Of a stretch of 64,000 bases of DNA, positions 1 through 9,680 are shown one piece after another. This DNA comes from an uncultured Clostridia bacterium (GTDB lineage Bacteria; Bacillota; Clostridia; Christensenellales; UBA1242). How positions within the stretch are numbered: the stretch's first letter is position 1; each line of letters opens with the position of its first letter. The notes beneath the pieces were generated by a model that was given only the letters and a program-made list of their open reading frames with translations, searched no databases and was not told the origin of the DNA. The DNA is taken from positions 13,771 to 77,770 of the forward strand of contig CANPYI010000001.1 of assembly GCA_947588355.1 (NCBI GenBank), in the 5' to 3' direction. Made by a program: the position numbers and the translations under genes.

Positions 1-1
1 G

Positions 2-346
2 ACTGAAAAAGTGAAGATTATTATGAAAGATATGGTGCTTGACCAACTTCTGGACGCTTTTGCCAAACTTATGACGCGAGAAGAGTTGAAAAAGATTGCA
101 CAAAACGAACAACCTAAAAAGATTGTCAAAGATCGCTTTACTGTTGCCGAAAAGATAATTTCAATCCGAAATTTTGCCAAAGAAAGAAAACGTTTTGAAT
201 TTGACGAGTTGTTTGAAAATGACATGACTAAAAGTGAACTGATCAACACTTTTTTGGCCCTTTTGGAACTTTTAAAACTGCAGACCGTAAAAGTGATACA
301 AAGTGGAGTGTTTGGCAAGATTGTTATCACTGCAAACGAGGTGTAA
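2..346 (+). CDS. scpA: Segregation and condensation protein A, C-terminal part (5' end lies outside the window)
   Basis: Reading frame is open to the window edge. The C-terminal LINTFLALLELLKLQTVKV region is typical of ScpA. scpB follows after 3 nt, as in the conserved scpA-scpB operon. Confidence 0.8.
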   Translation, partial: TEKVKIIMKDMVLDQLLDAFAKLMTREELKKIAQNEQPKKIVKDRFTVAEKIISIRNFAKERKRFEFDELFENDMTKSELINTFLALLELLKLQTVKVIQSGVFGKIVITANEV

Positions 347-349
347 AAA

Positions 350-997
350 ATGGAATTTGATTTGAAAAAAAATTTAAAAGATATTGTTTTGTCGGTGCTT
401 TTTGTTGCAGGGGAAGGCATTGAGAAGTCTTTTATCGCGCAAAAACTTGGCGTTTCTGAAAAAGAGATTGACAAAGTTTTGGACGAACTTCAAAAAGAGT
501 TTTCGGGAGATTGCGGGATTCATCTTATACATTTCAAAAACAAAGTGCAACTTGCTTCAAATCCTGTTTTTGCTGATGCAATTGGCCAAGTGTTGAATCC
601 TATTCGTGAAAAGGCTTTGACGCGTGCGGCGTTGGAAACTTTGGCGATAATTGCCTACAAACAGCCTATCACAAAACTTGAAATTGAGGACATAAGGCGT
701 GTAGGTTGTGATTACGCGATTCAAGTGCTTTCCGAACAGAATATGATTGAGGTTGTTGGTAGAAAAGATGCTGTCGGAAAACCTCTGCTTTTTGGCACAA
801 CAGAAAACTTTTTGAAAAGGTTTAATCTTACTGATTTGGCTCAACTTCCAGACTATGACGGGCTTTTGGAAAGAATAAAAGTGATTGAAGAGGGCGAAGA
901 GGAGCAGAATGACACTCTTTACAGCCATTCACAGTTGCCTGAAGAAGAAATTCCGGACTTTTTGAAAAACGAGGAAAACTTGCAATCTATTTCCTGA
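350..997 (+). CDS. scpB: Segregation and condensation protein B
   Basis: 215 aa. Carries ScpB-type tandem winged-helix motifs (VLFVAGEGI, LTRAALETLAIIAYKQPITKLEIEDIRRV, GRKDAVGKPLLFGTT). Confidence 0.85.
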   Translation: MEFDLKKNLKDIVLSVLFVAGEGIEKSFIAQKLGVSEKEIDKVLDELQKEFSGDCGIHLIHFKNKVQLASNPVFADAIGQVLNPIREKALTRAALETLAIIAYKQPITKLEIEDIRRVGCDYAIQVLSEQNMIEVVGRKDAVGKPLLFGTTENFLKRFNLTDLAQLPDYDGLLERIKVIEEGEEEQNDTLYSHSQLPEEEIPDFLKNEENLQSIS

Positions 998-1007
998 TGT
1001 GGAAGAT

Positions 1008-1034
1008 AAAGACAGACATTTGTCTGTTTTTTTT
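1008..1034 (+). terminator. Rho-independent terminator after scpB
   Basis: ACAGAC/GTCTGT stem followed by a T8 run, 10 nt after the scpB stop. Confidence 0.6.
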
Positions 1035-1214
1035 GTGCTTTATGTAACATTCTTGGCATAAAATAAAGCATGGACAAGCAAAAATCATATGGACAAAATT
1101 ATGTGCAAACAAAACTGAAACACCATTTTTCAGTTAAATTTGCAATACTTACTTTTATTGCCTGCGCTTTTGCAACATCAGTTTTTTGTTTGTTTATGTG
1201 TTTTGGAGGGTGAT

Positions 1215-2063
1215 TTGAAGGCATTCTCAGCAAAAGAGCATAAGTTTTTTATTCACCCGATTGCAATCCTGATTTGGATTTGGCTTGCTTTTGTGTTTGG
1301 CGGAATTTTTGCAATAAACTATTTTGTTGCCATTTTGATTCATGAATTTGGACATTATATCACAGCCAAAAAACAGGGTTATGCCTTGTCCCAATTTTCT
1401 TTTTCACCATATGGGGTGACGCTGTCCTATTTTGGACAAAATTTTGAAGCGACAGATGAAATAAAGATCGCTCTTGCTGGGCCAGTTTTCAATCTTGCTA
1501 GTTGTTTGTTTGTGGTTGGAATTTGGTGGCTGTTTCCCACTGTTTTTGTTTTTACTGACAGTTTTGTGATCATAAGTGTGTGCTTGGCACTTTTGAATCT
1601 TCTTCCTGCATATCCACTTGATGGGGGCAGAGTTTTTGTTTGTGTTGCAAGCAAATTTTTGTCTGAAAAAACATCAAAACGCATGACAATGATTTTTAAT
1701 ATTGTTTTGAGTGTGATTTTTCTTCTTCTATTTTTCTTTTTCTGTTTTATCAATTTCAATCCAACTTACTTTCTGTTTGCATTTTTTCTGATTGTCGGAA
1801 TGTTGGACCTCGAGTTTTCAACTAAATATGAAAAGATAAACATATTCAACAAATGTCAAAAAGATTTTTCAAAGCCACGGTTTGTGCTTGTAAGTTCAAA
1901 CGTTACAATAGGACAAATTATGAGAAAAATCCAATCAAGTGACACCAAGATTTTTTGTTATATTCTTGAAAATGGCAAAATAATCAATTTGAGCGAAAAA
2001 ATGATTTTAAAATTGTCATTAAAATTTCCTTTTAATGAAAAATTAGAAAATATTTTTAAATAA
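1215..2063 (+). CDS. M50 family site-2 metalloprotease (SpoIVFB-like)
   Basis: HEFGH zinc motif and NLLPAYPLDGG motif within a multi-TM protein. Start moved to TTG 1215, which follows GGAGGG (1205-1210). The track start at 1140 has no RBS. Confidence 0.7.
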   Translation: MKAFSAKEHKFFIHPIAILIWIWLAFVFGGIFAINYFVAILIHEFGHYITAKKQGYALSQFSFSPYGVTLSYFGQNFEATDEIKIALAGPVFNLASCLFVVGIWWLFPTVFVFTDSFVIISVCLALLNLLPAYPLDGGRVFVCVASKFLSEKTSKRMTMIFNIVLSVIFLLLFFFFCFINFNPTYFLFAFFLIVGMLDLEFSTKYEKINIFNKCQKDFSKPRFVLVSSNVTIGQIMRKIQSSDTKIFCYILENGKIINLSEKMILKLSLKFPFNEKLENIFK

Positions 2064-2147
2064 TTTTTTATTATTTTTTATCATTTTTTTATAATTTTTT
2101 CTATTTTAAATAATATTTTTAATTTTCTGTTCGATAAATTCTGACAA

Positions 2148-2183
2148 AAAAATATATAAAAAAACATTTTTTTATATATTTTT
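2148..2183. terminator. A/T-only perfect palindrome between convergent genes (weak bidirectional terminator?)
   Basis: AAAAATATATAAAAAAA-ca-TTTTTTTATATATTTTT, a 17-bp perfect inverted repeat inside a 147-bp extremely AT-rich spacer. Confidence 0.35.
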
Positions 2184-2210
2184 CATATTTTTTAATTTTT
2201 TATTTGTTTT

Positions 2211-2660
2211 TTAAACTTCACACAAAAATGGAATAAGTCTGTCTATATTTTTTCTTTCAAATTCATATAATTTGTCCGCTATTTCATCAAGTTCGGCGGA
2301 AATATTTTTGTGGTCGTCTTTATCTTTTATCAAGGTTATTATGCCCATGAAAGTTCCCATAAGCATCATCTCTGCTATGTTGCGACTTGATTTGTCCATC
2401 ATTGTTCCCATGTTGATTGCGCTCCAAAGTTTTGCTTTTTCAATCCAATTGTTGTCTTTTATCCCTTCTATTTTTTCTGCCTTTGCAAGTTGTTCACATT
2501 CTTTTGACAACACATTGTATTCATCTTCTTCGCGAGAAAGTTCTTCTGCCAATGCACTGTTTGTCACTTTGCTTGCAATATCTTCAATAGACTGTATTGC
2601 TGTGCGTGTGTTTTGATAAATTGCATTTATGTATTTTTCCAAATTTTCTTTATTTTCCAT
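2211..2660 (-). CDS. Hypothetical helical protein (about 149 aa)
   Basis: Start taken at the ATG preceded by AGGAGA (MENKENLEKY...). Predicted all-helical. No family recognised with confidence. Confidence 0.5.
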   Translation of the reverse strand: MENKENLEKYINAIYQNTRTAIQSIEDIASKVTNSALAEELSREEDEYNVLSKECEQLAKAEKIEGIKDNNWIEKAKLWSAINMGTMMDKSSRNIAEMMLMGTFMGIITLIKDKDDHKNISAELDEIADKLYEFERKNIDRLIPFLCEV

Positions 2661-2792
2661 TTTTTCTCCTTGTGTGTACTTTGACACTTCAAAGATATTG
2701 TTTCTCGCTTTCGACAATTTATGCTAATTTTTGCAAACTTTTTTGATTTCAGATTATTCTTTTTGCATACAAATTGCTAATTTTCTCAAAAT

Positions 2793-4217
2793 ATGCGTAT
2801 GAGAACTTCTACCAAAATTTTGATTGTTATCGCAATTGCTGTCTCGGTGCCAAGTGCCATTCTTTCGCCTTATCTTTTTCAAGCAATAGTGCCTACGGGC
2901 AATGGATTTGAGTTTAAGTTTACTGCGCTTGCGTGGGTCGGTCTTGCTTTTATGGTTCTGTCAAATATCTTTGGCGGCATTTTGTTTTACAGATTTCTTA
3001 AAACTCAACGTTTGTCAAATATGATTTTCTTTTCGCTTGCACCATTGACACTTGTCTATGCAGCTGGAATGGTTTATATTGTTGGGGTGAAAAATATGAC
3101 CGGAATCACAGCCGAGTCGGTGCGGGCAACTTTAAATATCACAACAGCAGACAAATCATACAACAACTTGCTTTGGGCGGGACTTTTGACTTTGGCATAT
3201 TTGATTATTCTTTTTGTTACTCTGGTTTTTGCATGCAGGCCGCTCTCGAAAGTGCAGAAAGCAACCGAAAAACTTGGTGACGGCAGAATGAAATTTGACA
3301 ACTACAAAGTTGGCGGCGGCAAGCAATTTATGGAGATTGAAAACTCTTTAAACAAAATAAATTACAATTTTAAGGAAAAAGAGAATAAAATCAGGCAAAC
3401 TAATTTGGAAGCGCAAAAATTTATTCCAAAACAATTCTTTAAATTTTTAGGAAAAAATAGCATAGAGGAACTTGAACTTGGAAATCAAGTCAAAAAAAGT
3501 GCCACAACTTTGTTTTGCGACCTTAAAAGTGCGACAAACATAAGCAGAAGTTTGAGTTTGGAGGAAAATTTTAATTATATCAACTCTTATCTTAAAACTG
3601 TCGCTCCTTTGGTGCGAAGATTTGACGGTTTTATCGACAAATACTTAGGTGACGGCGTTTTGGCGGTGTTTTCAAAGCCGCAAGATGCCATTGAGTGTGC
3701 TCATGCAATTTTGCGAGCAATTGATGTGAGAAACAAAAGTCAAAAAGAACTGCCCACAATTGATGCCAGAATTTCCGTAAACAGCGGCGAGATAATCTTT
3801 GGCATTGTTGGAGATGAAGAGCGTAAAAGTCCAACAATAATCAGTGACGTTGTAAATTTGGCGAGCAAGATGCAAGAAATAAATCTTTACATCGGCACAA
3901 AATTGTTGATTGCAAAAAGTTCTCTGAACGAATTGCCGCAAAATTTTGAGTTTGACTACCGCTACACAGGAGTACTTTCGTTGGAAGACGGAACGCAAGT
4001 GCCTTTGTTTGAAAGTTTGAATTATTATCCAAAAAACAAAAAGGAAAAATTGAAAAAGTTGAAGAATCGTTTTGAGGCTGGGGTGCGCGCTTATAATGAA
4101 AAAGACTACGCGCAAGCCAAGGAAGCGTTTGAGTTTGTTTTGCATTACGTTGCTGATGACAAGCCATCTTATATTTACTACAATCGTGCAAATGAAAAAT
4201 TGAAGGAAACCGCGTGA
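2793..4217 (+). CDS. Membrane-bound class III adenylate/guanylate cyclase with HAMP linker and C-terminal TPR-like segment
   Basis: N-terminal multi-TM region, then a HAMP-like RPLSKVQKATEKLGDGRM...FMEIENSLNKI. Cyclase core is TTLFCDLKSAT...DKYLGDGVLAVF...VNSGEIIFGIVGD. Confidence 0.75.
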   Translation: MRMRTSTKILIVIAIAVSVPSAILSPYLFQAIVPTGNGFEFKFTALAWVGLAFMVLSNIFGGILFYRFLKTQRLSNMIFFSLAPLTLVYAAGMVYIVGVKNMTGITAESVRATLNITTADKSYNNLLWAGLLTLAYLIILFVTLVFACRPLSKVQKATEKLGDGRMKFDNYKVGGGKQFMEIENSLNKINYNFKEKENKIRQTNLEAQKFIPKQFFKFLGKNSIEELELGNQVKKSATTLFCDLKSATNISRSLSLEENFNYINSYLKTVAPLVRRFDGFIDKYLGDGVLAVFSKPQDAIECAHAILRAIDVRNKSQKELPTIDARISVNSGEIIFGIVGDEERKSPTIISDVVNLASKMQEINLYIGTKLLIAKSSLNELPQNFEFDYRYTGVLSLEDGTQVPLFESLNYYPKNKKEKLKKLKNRFEAGVRAYNEKDYAQAKEAFEFVLHYVADDKPSYIYYNRANEKLKETA

Positions 4218-4273
4218 CAACAGTTTTGACAAATAACTTGACATTATATAGATTTTGAATATAAAATAGGACT

Positions 4274-4867
4274 ATGAAATTTCAAAAGAAAGAAAATCCA
4301 TACAAAAGATGTCCACGTTGTGGAAACAAGTGCTTGAAAATCCAAGACAAATGTCCTGAGTGCGACTTGATTTTTTCACGCTTGCAACTTGCAACAAACA
4401 AGGCAGCCAAGAAAAAACTTGCTCACTTTGACCGTGATTATGTTATTTTCTCAAAGGATTTGCCAAGTGACGTTCAGTGGTGGAAACTGCTTTTGTACAC
4501 TATTTTTTTGGGTTTCTTTGGCGGACATTATTATTATGTTGGAAAATATATCAAAGGGTTGTTTATGAGCCTGGGATTTGTTTATCTTGTTGTTGGCACA
4601 ATTTTTAATGCTCAAATTGTTGCCGCAAATGCCACGCTTTTATATCTGCCTATCGCAATTTATGCACTTGCATGGGTGGTTAGTTTTTGCTATGTTGTAT
4701 CTAAAAAATTTAAAGTGCCAATTTATGTTGACCAAACAATTGTAGAGCAGAAAGCCATGCAAGCGCGCGAAGATTATGACCGATTGAGCAAAGAAATTGC
4801 CAAGGAAAAGGATAATATCAAAAAGAGTAAAACAACAATGCCTAAAAAATCAGGAGGCAACAAATGA
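4274..4867 (+). CDS. Zinc-ribbon / TM2-domain membrane protein
   Basis: CPRCGNKC...CPECD zinc ribbon, followed by a TM2-like [22 protein letters not shown] overlap with the mnmA start. Confidence 0.6.
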   Translation: MKFQKKENPYKRCPRCGNKCLKIQDKCPECDLIFSRLQLATNKAAKKKLAHFDRDYVIFSKDLPSDVQWWKLLLYTIFLGFFGGHYYYVGKYIKGLFMSLGFVYLVVGTIFNAQIVAANATLLYLPIAIYALAWVVSFCYVVSKKFKVPIYVDQTIVEQKAMQAREDYDRLSKEIAKEKDNIKKSKTTMPKKSGGNK

Positions 4868-5931
4868 GAATTGTCGTTGGAATTTCTGGTGGAGTTGATT
4901 CCTCCGTTGCCGCATATCTTCTCAAACAACAGGGTCATGAAGTGATTGGACTTTTTATGATAAATTGGCAAGATGGCGATGAATGTACTGCCGAAGAAGA
5001 TTTTGAAGATGTGAAAAGGGTTTGTACCGCAATTGATATCCCTTATTTTTCTGTAAACTATGCCAAAGAATATTATGAGCGCGTGTTTCAATATTTTCTT
5101 GATGAGTACAAGGCGGGCAGAACGCCAAATCCCGATGTTTTGTGTAACCGTGAGATAAAATTTGGTCCATTTTTGGAAAAGGCAAGAGCACTTGGAGCAG
5201 ACATGATTGCCACAGGGCACTATGCCAAGACATATCAAAAAGATGGCAAAACTTTTTTGGCAAAAGCAAAAGATTTGAGCAAAGATCAATCATATTTTTT
5301 GAATCAATTAAGCCAAGAGCAGTTGTCCTCCGTAATTTTTCCGCTTTGTGACATTGAAAAACGTGAAGTAAGAGAAATAGCCAAAAAACTAGGGCTTTCT
5401 ACTGCCGAAAAGAAAGATAGCACAGGTATTTGCTTTATTGGCGAAAGAAACTTCCGAAAGTTTTTAAAACAATATCTTCCTGCGCAAGAAGGGAATATCT
5501 GCACACTTGACGGAAAGATTGTTGGACGACATGAGGGGTTGATGTACTATACGATTGGTCAACGCAGAGGGTTGAATATCGGTGGAAAAGCCGACGGAAA
5601 TGGTGAGAGATGGTTTGTTTTGAAAAAGGACCTGAAAAACAATATCTTGTATGTTTCGCAGGGGGAATGTGAAGGATTGTTTTCATCTGGTCTTACTGCC
5701 GACACGTTTAATTGGATACCGGAGAAACCAAAGCACAACGAATTTGATTGCCTAGCAAAATTCAGATATCGTCAGCCTGACCAAAAGGTGCATGTCACAC
5801 TGACGGGTGACAAAACAATAAAAGTTGATTTTGCTGAAAAGCAACGTGCTATCACAGAAGGGCAGTTTGTTGTGCTTTACACAAATGACGGAACATGCCT
5901 TGGCGGAGGAATAATAAATTCCAAGTGGTGA
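4864..5931 (+). CDS. mnmA: tRNA-specific 2-thiouridylase
   Basis: PP-loop [27 protein letters not shown] and DSTGICFIG motifs. 355 aa. Confidence 0.9.
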   Translation: MRIVVGISGGVDSSVAAYLLKQQGHEVIGLFMINWQDGDECTAEEDFEDVKRVCTAIDIPYFSVNYAKEYYERVFQYFLDEYKAGRTPNPDVLCNREIKFGPFLEKARALGADMIATGHYAKTYQKDGKTFLAKAKDLSKDQSYFLNQLSQEQLSSVIFPLCDIEKREVREIAKKLGLSTAEKKDSTGICFIGERNFRKFLKQYLPAQEGNICTLDGKIVGRHEGLMYYTIGQRRGLNIGGKADGNGERWFVLKKDLKNNILYVSQGECEGLFSSGLTADTFNWIPEKPKHNEFDCLAKFRYRQPDQKVHVTLTGDKTIKVDFAEKQRAITEGQFVVLYTNDGTCLGGGIINSKW

Positions 5932-5984
5932 TTGCATACTACACCAGATATTGTGTATTATGACTACATAATACACAATATCTG
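5932..5984. repeat. Palindromic intergenic repeat, locus A
   Basis: TTGCATACTACAC-CAGATATTGTGTATTATG-acta-CATAATACACAATATCTG. Perfect 18-bp inverted repeat (5945-5962 / 5967-5984). Begins 1 nt after the mnmA stop and is followed by TTTTT. Confidence 0.85.
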
Positions 5985-6035
5985 TTTTTGCAATGACTTA
6001 AAATCAAAAAATATCTTTTTTCATAGAATGAAAAT

Positions 6036-7298
6036 ATGGAAACAAAACTTGTATTGACCGGCGGACAAAAATTGGCTGGATTGTTGGATATTGATGCATC
6101 AAAAAATGCTTTTTTGCCAATTCTTGCGGCTTGTGTTTTGTGTGACGGAGAAATTTTTTTTGAAAACTATGTCAATCTTACTGACATCTTTTGTATGCGT
6201 GAAATTTTAAGCACCCTGAATATTGACTCTCAACTTCTTGATGGCGGTCTTTACGTCAACGCAAAAAACGTCAAAAACAATAAAATTACACACGACATGA
6301 CTATGAAAATACGTGCCTCAATTTTTATTTTAGGTGCTTTGCTTTCAAGATTTCGAAGTGCCGTTATTGCCTATCCTGGCGGTTGCAACATAGGATCAAG
6401 GCCGATAGATTTACATATCAAAGGATTGAAAGGTTTGGGGGTCAGAGTTGTTGAAAGACACGGCTATATCTACTGTCACGGCGAAAACATGAAGGCGGGG
6501 GACGTTGTTCTTGATTTTCCTAGTGTTGGAGCAACGGAAAGCCTTGTTATGTGCGCCACATTGCTTAAGGGAAGAACGGTTTTGAAAAATGTCGCAAAAG
6601 AACCGGAGATTGTGAACTTGCAAGATTTTCTTAACAAAATGGGTGCAAAGATAAGTGGGGCTGGAAGTGACACAATTGTCATTGAAGGAGTGGAAAAACT
6701 TCATGGCACACAATTTAAAGTGATGGCAGACAGAATTTGGGCAGGGACGTTTCTTCTTGCCACTGCGACTTGTGGTGGTGATTTGACTTTGAAGGGCTTT
6801 AAACTTCAAGATAACGAAAGTTTGATTTCACTTTTGTCGCAAAGTGCTTGCAAAATCGACATTGATGGTGATATGATAAGACTGAGGGCCAATGGTCGCT
6901 TGCGGGCTGTTCCTGAAATCCAAACTTTGCCTTTTCCATATTTTCCAACTGATTTACAGTCTCAGATGATGGCTTTGCAAACTGTCTGCGATGGTGGGTG
7001 CATCTTGCAAGAAAATGTTTTTGAAAATCGCTTTGGTGTTGTGCCAGAATTGTGTAAGATGGGCGCAAAAATCAGCGTGAAAGGGCGTTCTGCCTATGTG
7101 CAAGGCGTTGAAAGATTGTACGGAGCGCATGTGTTTGCAACAGATCTTAGGGCAGGAGCGGCACTTGTGATTGCCGGTCTTAAGGCAGAGGGCTACACAA
7201 CGGTGCATAACGTGCATTACATAGACCGTGGCTATGATAGAATTGAAGAAAAATTCAAGATTCTTGGCGGAAACATCAAAAGAGTTGTAGAGGAGTAA
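6036..7298 (+). CDS. murA: UDP-N-acetylglucosamine 1-carboxyvinyltransferase
   Basis: 420 aa. Active-site region YPGGCNIGSRPIDLHIKGL, with MurA-type N and C termini. Confidence 0.9.
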   Translation: METKLVLTGGQKLAGLLDIDASKNAFLPILAACVLCDGEIFFENYVNLTDIFCMREILSTLNIDSQLLDGGLYVNAKNVKNNKITHDMTMKIRASIFILGALLSRFRSAVIAYPGGCNIGSRPIDLHIKGLKGLGVRVVERHGYIYCHGENMKAGDVVLDFPSVGATESLVMCATLLKGRTVLKNVAKEPEIVNLQDFLNKMGAKISGAGSDTIVIEGVEKLHGTQFKVMADRIWAGTFLLATATCGGDLTLKGFKLQDNESLISLLSQSACKIDIDGDMIRLRANGRLRAVPEIQTLPFPYFPTDLQSQMMALQTVCDGGCILQENVFENRFGVVPELCKMGAKISVKGRSAYVQGVERLYGAHVFATDLRAGAALVIAGLKAEGYTTVHNVHYIDRGYDRIEEKFKILGGNIKRVVEE

Positions 7299-7299
7299 A

Positions 7300-8259
7300 T
7301 TGAGTAAAAAACTTGTTGTATCACTTGTTTGTGTTTTTGTTGTTGTGGCAGTTGTGCTTATTCTTTTTTGGACTTTGTTTGCACTCTCTTCTGTGACTGT
7401 GAGTTTTCAATCAACGCTATCAAATTTGTCTCTTACAGAAGATGAAATTGTTGAAGCAGGACAATTCCATTATGGCAGTTGTGTGCTGTTTGACAACAAA
7501 AAAACGGCAATTGAAAAAATAAATGACAAGGCCAAAGAAGATGAAAGATTTGCCTACATCAGAGTGGTGAATATTGAAACGGTTTTTCCAAACAAGTATG
7601 TTGTTCATGTCGCGGAGCGCGAAAGACTTTTTGCCGTTCGAAATTCTGAGAATGTGTTTATTTGCGACCGTGATTTTAGAGTTTTGGATGTAAAGCAAGA
7701 TTTTGATGCAACATCTGAAGATTGTGTTTTGCTGAAAGGCTTGCAAATTGAAAATTCTGAAATCTCGGTCGGTGATTTTCTGCAGATAAAACAGACTTAT
7801 ATGTTGAAATTTTTCTCTGCATTTTTGCAAAACAACAGAACTTTGCGAGAGGTTGTTGGAAAATTTTCAGAGGCCATTCTCTCGACATATTCAGATGATT
7901 TTACGGGCGAACAATATCACCAAATTGAAATAAATTCTGCATCTGGGCAAAAGTTTTTGATAAAAAATCCTGATTTTGCTTTTGCAAACAAGGTGGCACT
8001 TTTATATTCTGTTGAAAGTGCTTTGTTTTCACAAAAAACCGACAACGACAACATTTTGGATTCTGACGGAAACCAAATCTTTTTGATTAAAAATGAGCAT
8101 GGCGAGTTTTTGCCATACACTCAGGGAAGCGATGAAGATAAAGTTTCTTTGACATATTCGCTTCTTGAAAAATGCCAGATAGTTGTGGACAACCTTACTT
8201 TGAGTGATTTTGTGGACAGAACTGAGGCAGATATTTTTTACTATTTGAAACAAATCTAA
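7300..8259 (+). CDS. FtsQ/DivIB-like cell division protein
   Basis: TTG start. Single N-terminal TM segment followed by a POTRA-like IRVVNIETVFPNKYVVHVAERERLFAV. Lies directly after murA. Confidence 0.55.
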   Translation: MSKKLVVSLVCVFVVVAVVLILFWTLFALSSVTVSFQSTLSNLSLTEDEIVEAGQFHYGSCVLFDNKKTAIEKINDKAKEDERFAYIRVVNIETVFPNKYVVHVAERERLFAVRNSENVFICDRDFRVLDVKQDFDATSEDCVLLKGLQIENSEISVGDFLQIKQTYMLKFFSAFLQNNRTLREVVGKFSEAILSTYSDDFTGEQYHQIEINSASGQKFLIKNPDFAFANKVALLYSVESALFSQKTDNDNILDSDGNQIFLIKNEHGEFLPYTQGSDEDKVSLTYSLLEKCQIVVDNLTLSDFVDRTEADIFYYLKQI

Positions 8260-8299
8260 GTTTTTGTGTATTTGTTTTTGAATTGGCAATAATTGCCTT

Positions 8300-9604
8300 A
8301 TGAGAAAAAAAGAATATGTAGAAAAAGCAAAAAACACGATTTTGAATCGGGTGAAATTTCATGCTCCAATCGTGTTTGATGACAACATAAACTACAAAGT
8401 TTTGTCATCATATGGCGTGGATATAAAAAAACCTATTTTCAAGTTTGAAAAAACTATGAATTTGTCGCTTTTAAAAGCATTTAAACTTGCTTTGCAAGAA
8501 GCCGATTTTAATCTTGTTGTTTCTTTGAAATCTTTGGGAAAGTTTGTCTCCAAGTTTTCAAAAAAGATTCCTTCTGCCATTTTTTATGACCCAGAGAACA
8601 CCCGAAATGCATTTTTGGAGACCGTCAACAAACTTAATATAAACTACTTTGCCTCCGGCAATTATAATCAAAAATTTCAAGAGAGATTTTTTAAAGTGAA
8701 TGGCCAAATCTTAAACCCCAGCTTTGAAGATTTTTTCCTTCGCTATGTTGGACTGATGAACGAAATTTTTGTTGATTTTAAGGAGTTTGTTTTGAATGGC
8801 TACAATTTTTTGTGTACCATCAAAAACAAAAGTGTATATCAAAAAAGAACGGAAATTGAACTGAACATACCTCTGCCAAAAGGATATTTCTATTTCAAAC
8901 AGATGCCAAAGGCCATTTTGATTGAAAACCTTTTGACGAAAGAAAAATTTTTCTTGAATTATACTTGCAAGAATGCAAAATTTTCTTTTTCGAGTGTAGA
9001 TGGATTGGAAAATTCAACATTTTGCTGTGTGAATGCAAAGGTCTCATTTTGTTTGAAACCAAACGAGCAAACTTTTGTTTTTTTTAATTTTGGCGAAAAT
9101 AAGTTTGCATTCAAAAATCTTAACGAAATAGAAAGATGGAGTAAATTATCTCATCACAAATCTTGCGAAATCTTCAATTTGCAAATAAAAACCAAAAATC
9201 CGCAATTTGATTATTTCTTTAACAAAACTTTGCCACAAAAGATTTGGATAAATTGGCTTAATGGTCAGCAAAATGCTGATTTAGAGCAAAAATATTTGGT
9301 TTACAAACGCTTGTTTGTTAAGGGTGCATTGCAAAACTATAGTTATGAAAAGATAACGAAATCACCATTTTTATTCCAAACAGATTGCAAAGAAAAAGAC
9401 AATGGAGTCAGTTTTGTAAACTTCAAGGAAATCGGGCTTAAAGAAATTGGCATTTTTAATGGAGAGTATTACAAAAAAATCTTTATTGTGAATGGTGAGC
9501 AAAAATTTTTGCGAGTGGGCAAGACATATTTCTACAACATAAATGGCATAACTGACCATTCGCTAAAGTCCAAAGAGCCGATTAGTCTGTGTTTTGGTCA
9601 ATAA
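8300..9604 (+). CDS. Hypothetical protein (434 aa, Asn/Phe/Lys-rich)
   Basis: Long uninterrupted ORF with no recognisable motif, signal peptide or TM segment. Confidence 0.5.
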   Translation: MRKKEYVEKAKNTILNRVKFHAPIVFDDNINYKVLSSYGVDIKKPIFKFEKTMNLSLLKAFKLALQEADFNLVVSLKSLGKFVSKFSKKIPSAIFYDPENTRNAFLETVNKLNINYFASGNYNQKFQERFFKVNGQILNPSFEDFFLRYVGLMNEIFVDFKEFVLNGYNFLCTIKNKSVYQKRTEIELNIPLPKGYFYFKQMPKAILIENLLTKEKFFLNYTCKNAKFSFSSVDGLENSTFCCVNAKVSFCLKPNEQTFVFFNFGENKFAFKNLNEIERWSKLSHHKSCEIFNLQIKTKNPQFDYFFNKTLPQKIWINWLNGQQNADLEQKYLVYKRLFVKGALQNYSYEKITKSPFLFQTDCKEKDNGVSFVNFKEIGLKEIGIFNGEYYKKIFIVNGEQKFLRVGKTYFYNINGITDHSLKSKEPISLCFGQ

Positions 9605-9630
9605 TTTTGTCAAAAAATATCGTGTTTTGA

Positions 9631-9662
9631 TTTGATATCATTTTGCATATCAAATTTTTTTT
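9631..9662 (+). terminator. Rho-independent terminator
   Basis: TTTGATAT-cattttgc-ATATCAAA followed by a T8 run. Confidence 0.55.
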
Positions 9663-9680
9663 GATATAATTTTTTTAGTT

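Noticed and set aside
1140-1214. Upstream TTG start for the M50 protease given in the track
   Set aside because: There is no RBS at 1140, and the extra 25 residues look like read-through of the promoter or leader. TTG 1215 follows GGAGGG. The start remains uncertain.
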